Under the pieces are notes generated by a model. It saw only the letters and a list, made by a program, of their open reading frames with translations. It was not told the origin of the DNA and did no database searches. 22,756 nucleotides of DNA from Octopus sinensis (taxonomy: Eukaryota). The DNA lies in the NCBI RefSeq assembly GCF_006345805.1, contig NW_021836768.1, forward strand, positions 1 to 22,756. Reading direction: 5' to 3'. The translations under genes and the position numbers were made by a program. Positions 1 to 10,800 of the stretch are shown piece after piece; position 1 is the stretch's first letter, and every line of letters begins with the position of its first letter.

Positions 1-117
1 GGCACTTCCGGGTATTCAAGAGGAACCAAAGAAAAATGCTAGGTATTAAATGTCGAGTATACAGACATACGAAAAGGATATGGTCAGTTTGATATATACG
101 CATGTACAGATCTATGC

Positions 118-161
<44 letters not shown>

Positions 162-447
162 TTTTTTATGAATTCCAGCCCAAAGTCCGTGGTCATGCTG
201 GGGCACCGCCAGTATTACCACTTTTTCAATGGCCATTATTTTGTGACTGACTTTCGGAGAAGGAGGGAGTTCGATATTGCAGCCCTATACATACATACAT
301 ACATACATACATACATACATACATACATACATACATACATACATACATACATACATACATACATACATGCTTGCATGCATATACGGAGCAAATAATTCAC
401 AAAAAACTACTTTCCGAAGATATCATTAACTCTGCTATTATCTAGGG

Positions 448-648
448 CAGTGCTTTTCAAGCTTTTTGCTGGAGCGGAACCCCAAAGAAACATTCCACTG
501 GCTCGGGGAACCCCTGTGCAATAATTTAATAGTCTTATGCACACATATCTGCACAGGAAAATTTAAAATTACTGCCGATTTTAGCAGTTTTGTAACTTCT
601 TGCGGAACCCCTGCACTGTACTGGCGGAACCCTGGTTGAAAACCACTG
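448..648. mobile_element. hAT (Charlie-like) MITE, 201 bp
   Basis: TIRs CAGTGCTTTTCAA / TTGAAAACCACTG (12/13 match). Perfect 8-bp TSD ATCTAGGG at 440-447 and 649-656, resembling the NTCTAGAN Charlie target. Four internal GGAACCC subterminal repeats. Confidence 0.9.
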
Positions 649-956
649 ATCTAGGGTAACAATTTAAAAATTATAACAGTATATTATAATAACAGTATAT
701 TGGCGATTGCAGGCCCCAAAAGAGCATTAAATACCTGAAGGATAAAAATTAATCAAAGGACATACTAAGTATGTCTACCTGCTGGAAATAACAGTCAAAA
801 CTCATATTTAAATCGCCAAAATACATTGATAATAACTACAGAAATCAACCGCCCGAAGGCAAACGGGCTGAGACAATCTCCTAGCGTACATTCAAGTTTC
901 TGCAGTGGCGAAAATAGCCTCAGCTTCCTCAGCACGCGTTACCATGATAGAGATTT

Positions 957-990
<34 letters not shown>

Positions 991-1508
991 TTATCTGTAA
1001 CTTAAAACGATAAAGTCTTCCGTAATGATCTTATGTGGTTGAGCATCTAAATAATGCACTCGGAACACCTAATGCAGGGCCCCACTAAAATAGAGACGTG
1101 AGTTTATCCCTATTTCTCCTATAAATATATATAAGCGGGCTTTGCTTGATGTAGCAGAGCGTGAGCAGGTAATTCGTAATAAAAAAAAAAGAAGGGCTCT
1201 GTTATCTTTTATTCGTGTAAATTGCTTAAGGAGTGATTCAAAAGCATAAAGTTTCCAAGACACTTATCAAGTTTGAATATGTGCCAAGAACTGGGCACTC
1301 CTTTTCTTCATTGCGAAAGAAAGACCATGTATACACACACACACACACACACACCATACCACACGTACACTTGCATACACATACATTTATACTCACAACC
1401 TTATGAAAAAATACTTTGTGCAAGACAAATGTTAGGGTGTATAGATAGATAGATAGATAGATACACAATACATACATATGTATGTATGTTATATATGTGT
1501 ATATATAT

Positions 1509-1542
<34 letters not shown>

Positions 1543-2065
1543 ATATATATATATATATACTAATATGTATGTATGTATGTATGTATGTATATAGGAAATT
1601 GATAGATAGAAAATGAAAGGGGGAAAGAGAGAGAGAGAGAGAATGTGTGTGTGTATGTGTGAGCGCCATTATACAGCACACAAAAAAAAACTTGTAGTAA
1701 ACAGGAACATTATGAGTTGCACTGAAGTTCTTCTCACAAGGTTATCAACCGCAAGATGAAGTGAAGTGTAACGGTTCCCACCGCGGATCGAAATTACGAT
1801 GCAACTTCAAATGCATGAGATCTCCGTCTTGATTGTACAATCATACGCATGAACAATGCATGAACAACGTATGTATACCCATATCCGGAGAGATATATAT
1901 ACTTCGGTTACAGACATGGATGGATACACACACATACACACATGCATATAACTAGATAGATAGATAGATATACCCGTATGTGTGTGTGTGTGTGTGTGTG
2001 TTTGTAGTTTTATTTATAGTTACGGTGAAGGAATAACCCCAGCTAATAATGATGATGATGGCGAT

Positions 2066-2131
2066 GGTTTCTAATTTAGGTTCAAGGTCATCGATTGTGA
2101 GGGGCGGGGTTATTTGGTGCCATCGACCCTT
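2066..2131 (-). mobile_element. 3' fragment of SINE family B
   Basis: TTTCTAATTTAGGTTCAAGGTCATCGATTGTGAGGGGCGGGG...CATCGACCC matches the tails at 4465, 4867 and 18280. Confidence 0.6.
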
Positions 2132-2141
2132 ACTAAATATA

Positions 2142-2179
<38 letters not shown>

Positions 2180-2423
2180 GTGTGCACGATATACATATAT
2201 ACACACACATATATATGTGTATGTATATATGTATATACATATATATATATACGCACACACATATGTGCCCTACTTTATTGTATTTAGTACGTTTATCTCT
2301 GTTTTATTCATTCAAAAATGTATATATATATTTGTGTGTATATATATATGTATATAAATATATGTATGAGTGTGAGTATTTATATATGTGTGCATTCATA
2401 CAAACATAAACATACATACAAAC

Positions 2424-2456
<33 letters not shown>

Positions 2457-2992
2457 CATACATACATACATACATACACGCATACTTGCAGACAAAAATT
2501 TATACATACATCTGCTGTAAATATATATACACACATGTTGTCATGCGTAGACCAATGCACATGAACGATCCTAATTGTCGTCTGTTCAGTCAATTAACGA
2601 TATCCCATGAAGTTCACAACTGGAACATGCATAATGTAGAATATGGCCCCTACATCTGTTGACTTCCAGAAGCTTCCTACCAGAGCCCCCAGAACACTAA
2701 AAGGTAGAGAGAGAGCCTTACAAACAGCAGGGATGTAACAAGATCCAGTTTTCTTTTCAGAGATTACACTCGGCTACAGACTTCGTACTGTTCAAACAAC
2801 TGAAAAATTGATATGGAAAAGCAGACGACACATAGCAGACGATACCATAATGGCGTTGTCGCTGTTGTTACGGTTACTGTTGTTGTTGTCGGTAATGTTG
2901 TTGCTGTTATTGTTGTTTTGATCCAGGCCCATCCCGACCGATTGGATTATATGATCAAAGCGCTCCTTTCTCGAACATTATATCTGTTCTAG

Positions 2993-3267
2993 CTTTCAAT
3001 TGTTTCAGTTATGGGTTAGCGGCCATGAAGGGGCACCGTATTGAAGAGTCTTAGCCGAAGAAATTGACCTTAATACTTATATTTTTAAGAGTCTAGTACT
3101 TATTCTATCGGTTGCTTTTGCCGGAGACATAAACAAACCAACAGCGGTTGTCAAGCTATGGTGAAAGAAAACACACACACACGCACATACATATACATAC
3201 GTATATATATACACATATACATATATACATATATACACATACACATATATACATGCACGCACGCACA

Positions 3268-3306
<39 letters not shown>

Positions 3307-3462
3307 ACATATTTCTCAGTTTTCGTCTACCAAGTTCATTCACATGCCTTTACTCAGCCTAAGGTTGCAGTAGCAGACACTTGCCCTAGACGCCATGCAG
3401 CGGGACTGAACCTGAGACCAAATGGTTAGGAAGCAAGATTCTTAACCACATAACTACACCTG
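2993..3462 (-). mobile_element. tRNA-derived SINE, family A, with internal (CA)/(TA) microsatellite
   Basis: On the minus strand: head with A/B-box-like motifs (...GTGGTTAAG...CAGGTTCAGTCCC), then GGTAGACGAAAACTGAGAAA, a microsatellite, and a tail ending ...CATGGCCGC...CTGAAACAA. Homologous to 10083 and 16876. Confidence 0.85.
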
Positions 3463-3820
3463 TTCCTTTATATAGAAGGAACTCGCTTTTATTTCTTAAA
3501 GACCGTGGTCGTGGTGCTGATGGCAATGGTAATTGTGACGGCAGCGGTGTAGCGGTTTGATATCGGTGGTATCCGGTGATGACCTTACAGAAGTATGTGG
3601 TCAAAAAAGTCGCCGTGGTATGTGGCTCTAATAATCAGAGACTGCAATATATTCACAGAGCGCTCTGGTGGTTCTGCTGCAGCCGCCGTTGTTACCAGAA
3701 CTGATTAAAAAGTGTTTCAGTCACAGTTTTCACCACGGAGTCTGTCTTATTTAAAAGAAATTTCGAATTACAGGATTCACATTCTACATCACAAGTTGTC
3801 GATATGGTTATGCAGTACAA

Positions 3821-4050
3821 GGCGGCGAGCTGGCAGAAACGTTAGCACACCGGGCGAAATGCTTAGCGGTATTGCGTCTGTCGTTGCGTTCTGAGTTCAA
3901 ATTCCGTCGAGGTCGACTTTGCCTTTCATCCTTTCGGGGTCGATAAATTAAGTACCAGTTACGCACTGGGGTCGATGTAATCGACTTAATCCGTTTGTCT
4001 GTCCTTGTTTGTCCCCTCTATGTTTAGCCCCTTGTGGGCAATAAATAAAC
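3821..4050 (+). mobile_element. tRNA-derived SINE, family B, well preserved copy with TSD
   Basis: B-box GAGTTCAAATTCC at 3893-3905, body GCCTTTCATCCTTTCGGGGTCGATAAATTAAGTACC, A-rich end. 17-bp TSD GATAT(G/T)GTTATGCAGTA at 3801-3817 and 4052-4068. Confidence 0.9.
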
Positions 4051-4095
4051 AGATATTGTTATGCAGTAGATTGTGTATGCTATAGTAACTTGTCT

Positions 4096-4356
4096 GTGGA
4101 GGCGCGTGGCTTAGTGGTTAGAGTGTCAGCATCATGATCGTAAGATTGTGGTTTCGATTCCTGGACCGGGCGACGCGTTGTGTTCTTGAGCAAAACACTT
4201 CATTTCACGTTGCTCCAGTCCACTCAGCTGGTAAAAATGAGTACCACTGCGATGGACTGGCGTCCCGTGCAGCTGGGGAACACATACGCCATTGAAATTG
4301 GGAAACCGAGCCCATGAGCCTGGCTAGGCTTCAAAAGGGCATATTTATTATTTATT
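4096..4356 (+). mobile_element. tRNA-derived SINE, family C, with V-domain-like segment and perfect TSD
   Basis: A-box TGGCTTAGTGG at 4107-4117, B-box GGTTTCGATTCC at 4150-4161. TGCGATGGACTGGCGTCCCGT at 4248-4268 resembles V-SINE domains (from recall). AT-rich tail. Perfect 15-bp TSD TATAGTAACTTGTCT at 4081-4095 and 4357-4371. Confidence 0.92.
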
Positions 4357-4464
4357 TATAGTAACTTGTCTAATGTAGTGCTTCTCAGGTTGACAAATAG
4401 AAGTCTCATCCCGAAAATGTCGGGGAAAGTTTTCTCTTCTGTCCTTACTTTCTTTTAATACTCG

Positions 4465-4615
4465 TTTGTAATTTAGGGACAGGGCCAGAAATTTTGAGGG
4501 AAGGGTGTTAGTCAATACCATGAACTCTAGTACTTCACAAGTACATTATTTTTTTTTATCGACCCCGAAAGGTCGAAAGACTAAATTGACCTCAGTTGAG
4601 TATGATCTCAGAACA
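4465..4615 (-). mobile_element. SINE family B, diverged 5'-truncated copy
   Basis: TTATCGACCCCGAAAGG is the reverse complement of the family B body. Its tail is shared with 4700 and 4867. Confidence 0.75.
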
Positions 4616-4633
4616 TACATAGTCGGAACAAAT

Positions 4634-4698
<65 letters not shown>
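4634..4698. repeat. (AAT)n microsatellite
   Basis: About 21 AAT units, with one substitution. Confidence 0.97.
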
Positions 4699-4699
<1 letters not shown>

Positions 4700-4860
4700 C
4701 CTTTATAGAAAGGCACATGGCCTGAAATTTGGGGGCGAGGACTAGTCAATTACATTGACCCCAGTATTTCACTGGTACTTAATTTATTGACCTCGAACGG
4801 ATGAAAGGCAAAGTTAACCTCGGCAGAATTTGAACCCAGAACGTAACGACGGACGAAATA
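4700..4860 (-). mobile_element. SINE family B, 5'-truncated copy
   Basis: Reverse complement reads TATTTCGTCCGTCGTTACGTTCTGGGTTCAAATTCTGCCGAGGTTAACTTTGCCTTTCATCC..., collinear with 3869-3990. Confidence 0.88.
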
Positions 4861-4866
4861 ATAATA

Positions 4867-5002
4867 TTCTGATTTAAGTGGAAGGCTATCGATTTTGAGG
4901 GGAGGGTGTTAGTTGATACCATCGACCCCAGAACGTCGTTGGTATTTCATCTTATCGACTCCGGAGACTCGAAAGACAAATTTTTGCTCTTCAAACACAT
5001 CG
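4867..5002 (-). mobile_element. SINE family B, old copy
   Basis: GATACCATCGACCCCAG...CTTATCGACTCCGGAG matches the family B tail and body. Confidence 0.7.
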
Positions 5003-5435
5003 AATCTAGAACTCCATTCTCCAAAAGCATCCTTCCTAATATTTACCATTTTTTTCTCAGGACGTCACAGTAATGTAATTATTTTCAATGTAATTCAGCT
5101 GTTATTTTTAGCAGAGCAATCGACCTCACAGAGGTTTCCCCGTCGGTTTACGAAAGAGGTAGCGAGAGAGAGAGAGAAAGTTTATTTGGTATACAGTTTG
5201 AGTGGCGGGTAATAAAGCATGTTAGAAGGTGAGGGGCTGGAGATAAGCTTCGTATAATTGGGCGTTTTAAAATTTGATATGATGAAACAGAAGAAGACAT
5301 TAGACGTAGTTTGAAAACGTTGAGTTGACAAATGAGACCCGGTGAAGTAACCCAAGAGTTTCTGTCGGTTGTTAGTCTGTGCTAATCACCAAATTCTGAA
5401 AGACACCCAACACCTACGCTTTCTCGTTCACTAGC

Positions 5436-5805
5436 AACGGCAGACTGTGATTCACTTAACACATGGCACAGCACAACAACAGGTTTTAGGGTTGGATATT
5501 GTAGTACAAATATGCAGTAAGGGTCTAGCGTAAAAACCTTTCAACTTATTGGGGTTATCCACGCAATTATTAGACAAAAACCCTCTCTGCGATTTAATTA
5601 AGTGACAGGTGGTCGGATATTTAATACATATACGGTAAGGTCAAGCGTTGAAAACCTTTGATAAATTGAAGATGTCTATGTTATTACTAAATAACATCTC
5701 CCTCTGGTTCATTTAACACAAGGAAGAACAAAACAGGTTTGGGGTCGGATATTATTGTACAGATGCAGTAGGAGTTTGGAGTGGGAAAATCTTCGATTTA
5801 TTGCA
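5436..5805. repeat. Diverged tandem repeat, 3 units, period about 127 bp
   Basis: The motif ACAGGT...G(T/C)GGATATT...TAC...GTA(A/G)G...AAAA recurs at 5479, 5605 and 5733. Confidence 0.75.
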
Positions 5806-5869
5806 CGACTTCATTTCTAATTTTAGGTTGGGCGGTAAAGCCAACATTCCAACTAAACGGAAAGCCATT

Positions 5870-6024
5870 CCACCGTAGGGTTGGCCATTTCATAGCTGAG
5901 TAGACTGGAGCTAAGGGAAATGAAGTGGATCGCTCAAGAACACAAGACATCGCCGGTCCGGGAATTGAAACCACGATCTTTCAATCGTAAATGCAACACT
6001 CCAACCATTAAGCCACGCGCCTTC
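5870..6024 (-). mobile_element. SINE family C head and body
   Basis: Reverse complement begins GAAGGCGCGTGGCTTAATGGTTGG...GTGGTTTCAATTCCCGGACCGGCG...TGTGTTCTTGAGC, collinear with 4097-4230. Confidence 0.85.
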
Positions 6025-6849
6025 ACACAAACAAACGCACGCGCACGCGCGTATACACACGCATACAGACATAAAGACACACACACGCACGCATTCACGT
6101 ATACATACATGCATGCCAACATATATACGTGCATAGATACATACAAATTCATACACACGCACATACATATATGCATACACACATTCATACACACACACAC
6201 ACACACACACATACACATATACATACAGTTATTCATACACACACTTTCATACAAAAAAGACAAAGAGAGAACGAAATGTTACAATATGAGGTTGAAATTT
6301 TACTGAGCATATATTTATTGCTTGAATCAGCATCTTAAATGCTTCGAGCCACCATCTTCCAATAATATTCTGAACTTGCCGTTTCCTTATTCGCAATACT
6401 CTAGTTTAATAAATATCAGAGCTAAAACTTTCTATCTGTTAGTTGATAACACTTACCCTGTAGCTACCCCTTTCGACTTTATATCTTAGCTATCAGGGTG
6501 GTCTCCTCCACCTCTGAACTGTGTATGTATATTTTAATTATCGCGTAACAATCACCTTTTTGTTGTTTGTTTATTAAATTACGTTTGCCTGGATAAATAT
6601 ACTTCATCTACGTAAACTGTTAAGTAATCTCTACAAACTAATTAAGTATAAATTTATCAGACATTACTAATCTCACTTTAACTAATCTGTCAAAATATGT
6701 TAATCTATGTTAATCTCGTTTTGTTGTGCCTATGCACAATCTTTCTTCTGATAATGGGAGATCTCAACACATTGGAAATATGTCTCAAAGAATTAATGTC
6801 TTCAAGCGAACATTCGAGAAAAAAAATGAACAATAATAATGCCCAACCA

Positions 6850-7060
6850 CAATTAGAAGCAACGAATACTATCGAATAACTACGAAGAAAAACCAACATT
6901 TATAAGCAATAATGTACAACAACGAACGTAAAACAGCAGCAAGCATCAACGGAGTTCAACGAACAATTACGAACACTATCGAATAACAACGAATACCAAC
7001 GAATATTTGTAAAGAACAATATACAACGAACACCAACGAACAACGGAGAACAACAACGAA
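6850..7060 (+). repeat. CAACGAA-based low-complexity minisatellite
   Basis: Repeated CAACGAA(C/T) and ACTATCGAATAAC motifs. Confidence 0.75.
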
Positions 7061-7379
7061 TTTCTAGAAACTGACATTCAGATAGAAAGCAGCAGTTGTA
7101 TCATGTCCGTTTATACCAAAGATACAAATAAATACATAAATTTAGACGACGACTACAAATATCCACATAGAGATCCAAAATGTCAGCTTAAGCTCTTCGC
7201 TGAGAAGAAGATTTAGAGTCACTTCTACGAATGAAGCATTAGTTAAAGCAATTCACAGAATAAATCACAGACACTAAATCAGCAATGAGTGGCCTTAGAA
7301 AGTAATAGACGAAGCCATAAAACAATACAACTATAAATCTAATGATCACAAAGACCAGATCATGAATATGTATTAATAA

Positions 7380-8259
7380 TATTGGGTTGAGGAATAATTC
7401 ATTACCTTTTTTATTTATTTTTCAAATTTGAAAATGCACGCAGAAATAAAATGCATTGACAAAATAGTTTTTTTTTTTTTAATGTTATTTAAAAGAAACT
7501 TTTTGGCTCTACAAGATGGTGCCTTTTGATTTTTTGATTTTATTGATTTTTGTGTATTTTCAGATCATTAAAATGGAATAAGTGAGCATTTTCGACTCCA
7601 TTTGCTTTTTGCACTTAATCGAGGTATTAAGGCCGCCGAAGCTGCTCGGTGAGATTTGTGCTCTGTCTAGAGAAGGATCAATGCCTCAAAGTACTGTCCG
7701 CCGTTCGTTTTCGCGCTTCAAAAATGAGAATTTTGACCTCAAGGACGGATCACACACCGGTCGACCAATTGAGTTTGATGAAGAGTGATTGAACCAACTT
7801 CTCGAAAATCCACGTCAAATGACCAGAGAATTAGCGGAACAGATGGATTGTGATCAAATATCTATGGTGAACCGCCTTTACTCAATGTGCAAGGTTCAGA
7901 AACACGCTAATATGACCAAAGCCGCGATTCAAGAACTCGAATAGGAAGGACAGCCTCGTCCTCCATACTCTCCAGACTTGGCGCCGTCAGATTTTCATCT
8001 CTTTCGACCGCTTTCGAACTCTTTGCGTGGTGTATCGTTCAATAATGACGTGGAATTGAGGGATTATCTGTATGAATTCTTTGAGCCAAGACTGGGAGAT
8101 TTCTATCGTCGAAGCATCGAAAAATTTATCAAACGATGGGAGTAATTCGTAAACAACAACAGAGAGTACATTATTGATTAAATTGTTGTAGTTTTTTTTT
8201 ATTTTTGTTTAAAATAAATTTGAAAAAAAAACGGTCATGAATTATTCCTCAACTCAATA
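7380..8259 (+). mobile_element. mariner (Tc1/mariner, DD34D-type) transposon, internally deleted
   Basis: Terminal inverted repeats TATTGGGTTGAGGAATAATTCAT (7380-7402) and ATGAATTATTCCTCAACTCAATA (8237-8259), 22/23 match including the TA duplication. Encloses a transposase remnant. Confidence 0.96.
7573..8181 (+). pseudogene. mariner transposase pseudogene
   Basis: SEHFRLHLLFALNRGIKAAEAAR / EICA...STVRRSFSRFKNENFDLKDGSHTGRPIEFDEE*...ENPRQMTRELAEQM (two HTH regions), then ...PPYSPDLAPSDFHLFRPLSN...RWE*FVNNNREYIID*. Contains the YSPDLAPSD signature, frameshifts, stops and a large internal deletion. Confidence 0.95.
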
Positions 8260-9014
8260 CATAAACCACTCATTAAATTAATTATATTAATGAAACTGAA
8301 TGCTAACTATGTTACAGAATTGAACACACAAGGGAAAGCCTCGAAAAACAGAGCACAAACTGCATTACACCAAGCACTAAAATTAGCATCGCTTATTCTA
8401 AAAATGGCTACATCTAAAGACGGTCTTAACAATAATAAACCCTCTGACAAACTAAGTAATCAATGGGATTAATAAATTCGATTGAAAAAGTGAAGGTTGT
8501 AAACTTCACGACTCCAACTGTAATATTGGTCACACAAGTACAATACATTCCCACCAGTTCCCTATACAATGCACTTAAAAACTAAAAGCCATTGTAGTGC
8601 ACTACTCTACATAATACAAAACAAAATTGTATGGAAAAACATTAGTAGACAACACTTCTATAATTTACATATACCCCTAGGAAAATCGAGGGTTTACGAT
8701 GACAGTAATAGGCGAAGCACGACAAAATGTCAAAATAAACAAAACAAAAGCAACATATACAACTCACACACAAAAAAAACAAAACTCTGAGTTATGCCGT
8801 ATAAATCTAACGGTTAAAATTCAGATTCTAGCGATAAAGTCTACTTCAATTACACTGGCCGTACCAACTATAAAGATGCCACAACATGCTCCAATATCAC
8901 TGTATTCTGGAGATGAGAATGTGAAAGTTTAAAAATTCTGATAGCGAGTAATAGACAAATTACTGTTCGATGCAAATTTCAAGGAACTCGTGGAAAATGG
9001 ACATGAGCGTGAGT

Positions 9015-9300
9015 GTACGGATGTGTATGTATGTATGTGTATGTATGCATTTAAATATGTATGCATGCATGTATGTATTTATGTATGTATGCATGTGAAT
9101 ATGTATATATGCACTTAAGTATATGTGTATTTATGTTTGTACGTATCTGTGCATATACATAAATATGTATTCATGTACGTATCTGTGTGCGCATGTATCT
9201 GTATACGTATCTATGCATGTATGTACCTATTCATATATGTATGTAATGTGTGTAGGTACGTACGTATGTATTTATCTATGTATGTATGTATGTAAATATA
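9015..9300. repeat. Degenerate (TATG)n microsatellite
   Basis: Direct inspection. Confidence 0.9.
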
Positions 9301-10005
9301 TCAATTTCCTAAAGATCATTTCTGCACTTTTACAGTATGAACTGAATGACCCTTGGTAAGTGTGCTTAGAACATAAATAAAAACCGGATGTTACTAAATT
9401 CTTGTCATTTCCGTTTTTATAAATGACCTTCATTGCGATAACTTTCAACTTAACACCATCTTGTTTAGAAAACTGCTTCGCTCATTTGATCGTCTGCTGA
9501 ATCTCGGATTTCGATTGGGTAACGTGAACAACCTGACGGAAATGTTTCCTTGAGGTGTTCTGGGATTGGGCAACCAGTGTATTTGAAGATTATAGTTTTA
9601 TGAATGTACTCGAAGATCACTGGATATCAATGGCCAAATATTCACCTTAGGGTCTTTAGTATGTATTGATAATAATATTTGATATTTTGTTGGGTTTTCT
9701 TCTCTCTTAGTTTTGATATTAATAGCATCAGTTATGAAATTTTCGTTCATTTTTCTTTCATATTTTTCTACAGTATTTTTGTTTGTTTCTTATCTATGTT
9801 TTGTTTAATTTACATTTTGTTTTATTCGTAGACTTGAGTGAAATGGGAAGTTGTTCCATATGTTACTTGGTACTCCCAAACATCTGACGCAACACTTTTA
9901 ACGTCTCACAAACACCTTTTCTTGCGAAGGGCTAGGCTTCTATGCATCTTAAACACACGTGTGCATAGCATGTATAAACACACGTATATATGTATAAATA
10001 CGCAA

Positions 10006-10050
<45 letters not shown>

Positions 10051-10082
10051 GAGAGAAACATAGAGAGAGAGGGAGAAAGGAC

Positions 10083-10429
10083 CAGGTGTGGATGTGCGAT
10101 AAAGAAGTTTCTTTCCCAACCACGTAGACTCAGGTTCAGTCCCACTACGAGGCACCATGGACAATACGATAGTCCCCGAGTCAACCAAAGCCTTGTGAGT
10201 GGATGTGGCAGAGGGAAACTGAAAGAAGACCGTCGTGTGTGTGTGTGTGCTTGTTTGTGTGTGTGTGTGTTTGTGTGTACTCTTCTCTTGACATCATGAC
10301 TGTAAACAAGTATCACCTTTAGAAACGTGTTTGGAGACGGGTGAAGGTTAGCAACAGGAAAGGCATCTGCCCTAACAAATTTCGTGTGACCCATGCAAGC
10401 ACTGAAAAATAGACATTAAATGATGATGA
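10083..10429 (+). mobile_element. SINE with family A head and an alternative tail
   Basis: Head CAGGTTCAGTCCCACT...GAGTGGATGTGGCAGAGGGAAACTGAAAGAAGACCGTCG plus (GT)n, as in family A. The tail then reads GGTTAGCAACAGGAAAGGCATC...CCCATGCAAGCACTGAAAAATAGACATTAAATGATGATGA, unlike the tails at 2993 and 16876. Confidence 0.8.
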
Positions 10430-10560
10430 GGAGGAGGAGGAGGTGGAGGAGGTGGAGGAAGATGATGATGATGTGCTTGTAAGCATGTATGTATATGTGT
10501 CACATAGTGCGTTTATGTACATAAATGACATAAATACATACATAAATATATAATATATAT

Positions 10561-10630
<70 letters not shown>

Positions 10631-10714
10631 GTGTGTGTGTGTAGTATGTATGTATGTATGTATATATATATACGAAGTCAATTAAAAAGATTAAAAAGGT
10701 AGTAATCCAAGTTG

Positions 10715-10800
10715 ACGGATTAGTGGAAGTGTAAGAAGGCCGAGCTGGATGCGTTACGGTAATTCTTGTGAATTTCGGCGTTCTATGTTCAAATCCTCCC
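10715..10800 (+). mobile_element. Degenerate family B head fragment
   Basis: ...GGATGCGTTACGGTAATT...CGGCGTTCTATGTTCAAATCC resembles 3850-3905. Confidence 0.5.

Larger units (their letters stand above)
7061..8760 (+). pseudogene. Decayed Penelope-like retroelement (RT C-terminus/thumb plus GIY-YIG endonuclease), interrupted by a mariner
   Basis: Manual translation from 7061 gives FLETDIQIESSSCIMSVYTKDTN (compare PLE FLDV...VYRKPT). A second frame gives LRRRFRVTSTNEALVKAIHRINHRH*ISNEWP*KVIDEAIK (compare RA..I.S...E...I...L..NGYP...I). After the mariner: INKFD*KSEGCKLHDSNCNIGHTST...MHL...LVDNTSII...GEA (compare VYKF.C....C....YIG.T...MHL...LV.NT.II...EA). Multiple stops and frameshifts. Confidence 0.78.

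Noticed and set aside
1120-1175. TATA-like TATAAATA followed about 45 bp later by CAG/GTAATT
   Set aside because: TATA-like strings are ubiquitous in this AT-rich sequence and there is no independent support for a promoter.
759-1842. Short palindromes GACATACT-A-AGTATGTC (759-775) and GATTGTACAATC (1831-1842)
   Set aside because: Palindromes of this length are expected by chance in 22 kb.
4096-4170. SINE heads as genuine tRNA genes (also 16506-16575)
   Set aside because: A and B boxes are present, but there is no complete cloverleaf or acceptor stem, and the heads continue into SINE bodies.
6455-6470. TACCCTGTAG matching the start of miR-10
   Set aside because: Only 10 nt match and there is no precursor hairpin.
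8901-8935. CTGGAGATGAGAATGTGAAAG after the PLE GIY-YIG, at the position expected for a hammerhead
   Set aside because: The core is mutated (CUGGAGA) and no convincing stem I or stem II can be formed. At most a relic.
9395-9560. Minus-strand peptide TQSKSEIQQTIK*AKQFSKQDGVKLKVIAMKVI resembling a LINE RT segment after the FADD motif
   Set aside because: The catalytic motif is not recognisable and the similarity is too weak to call without a profile search.
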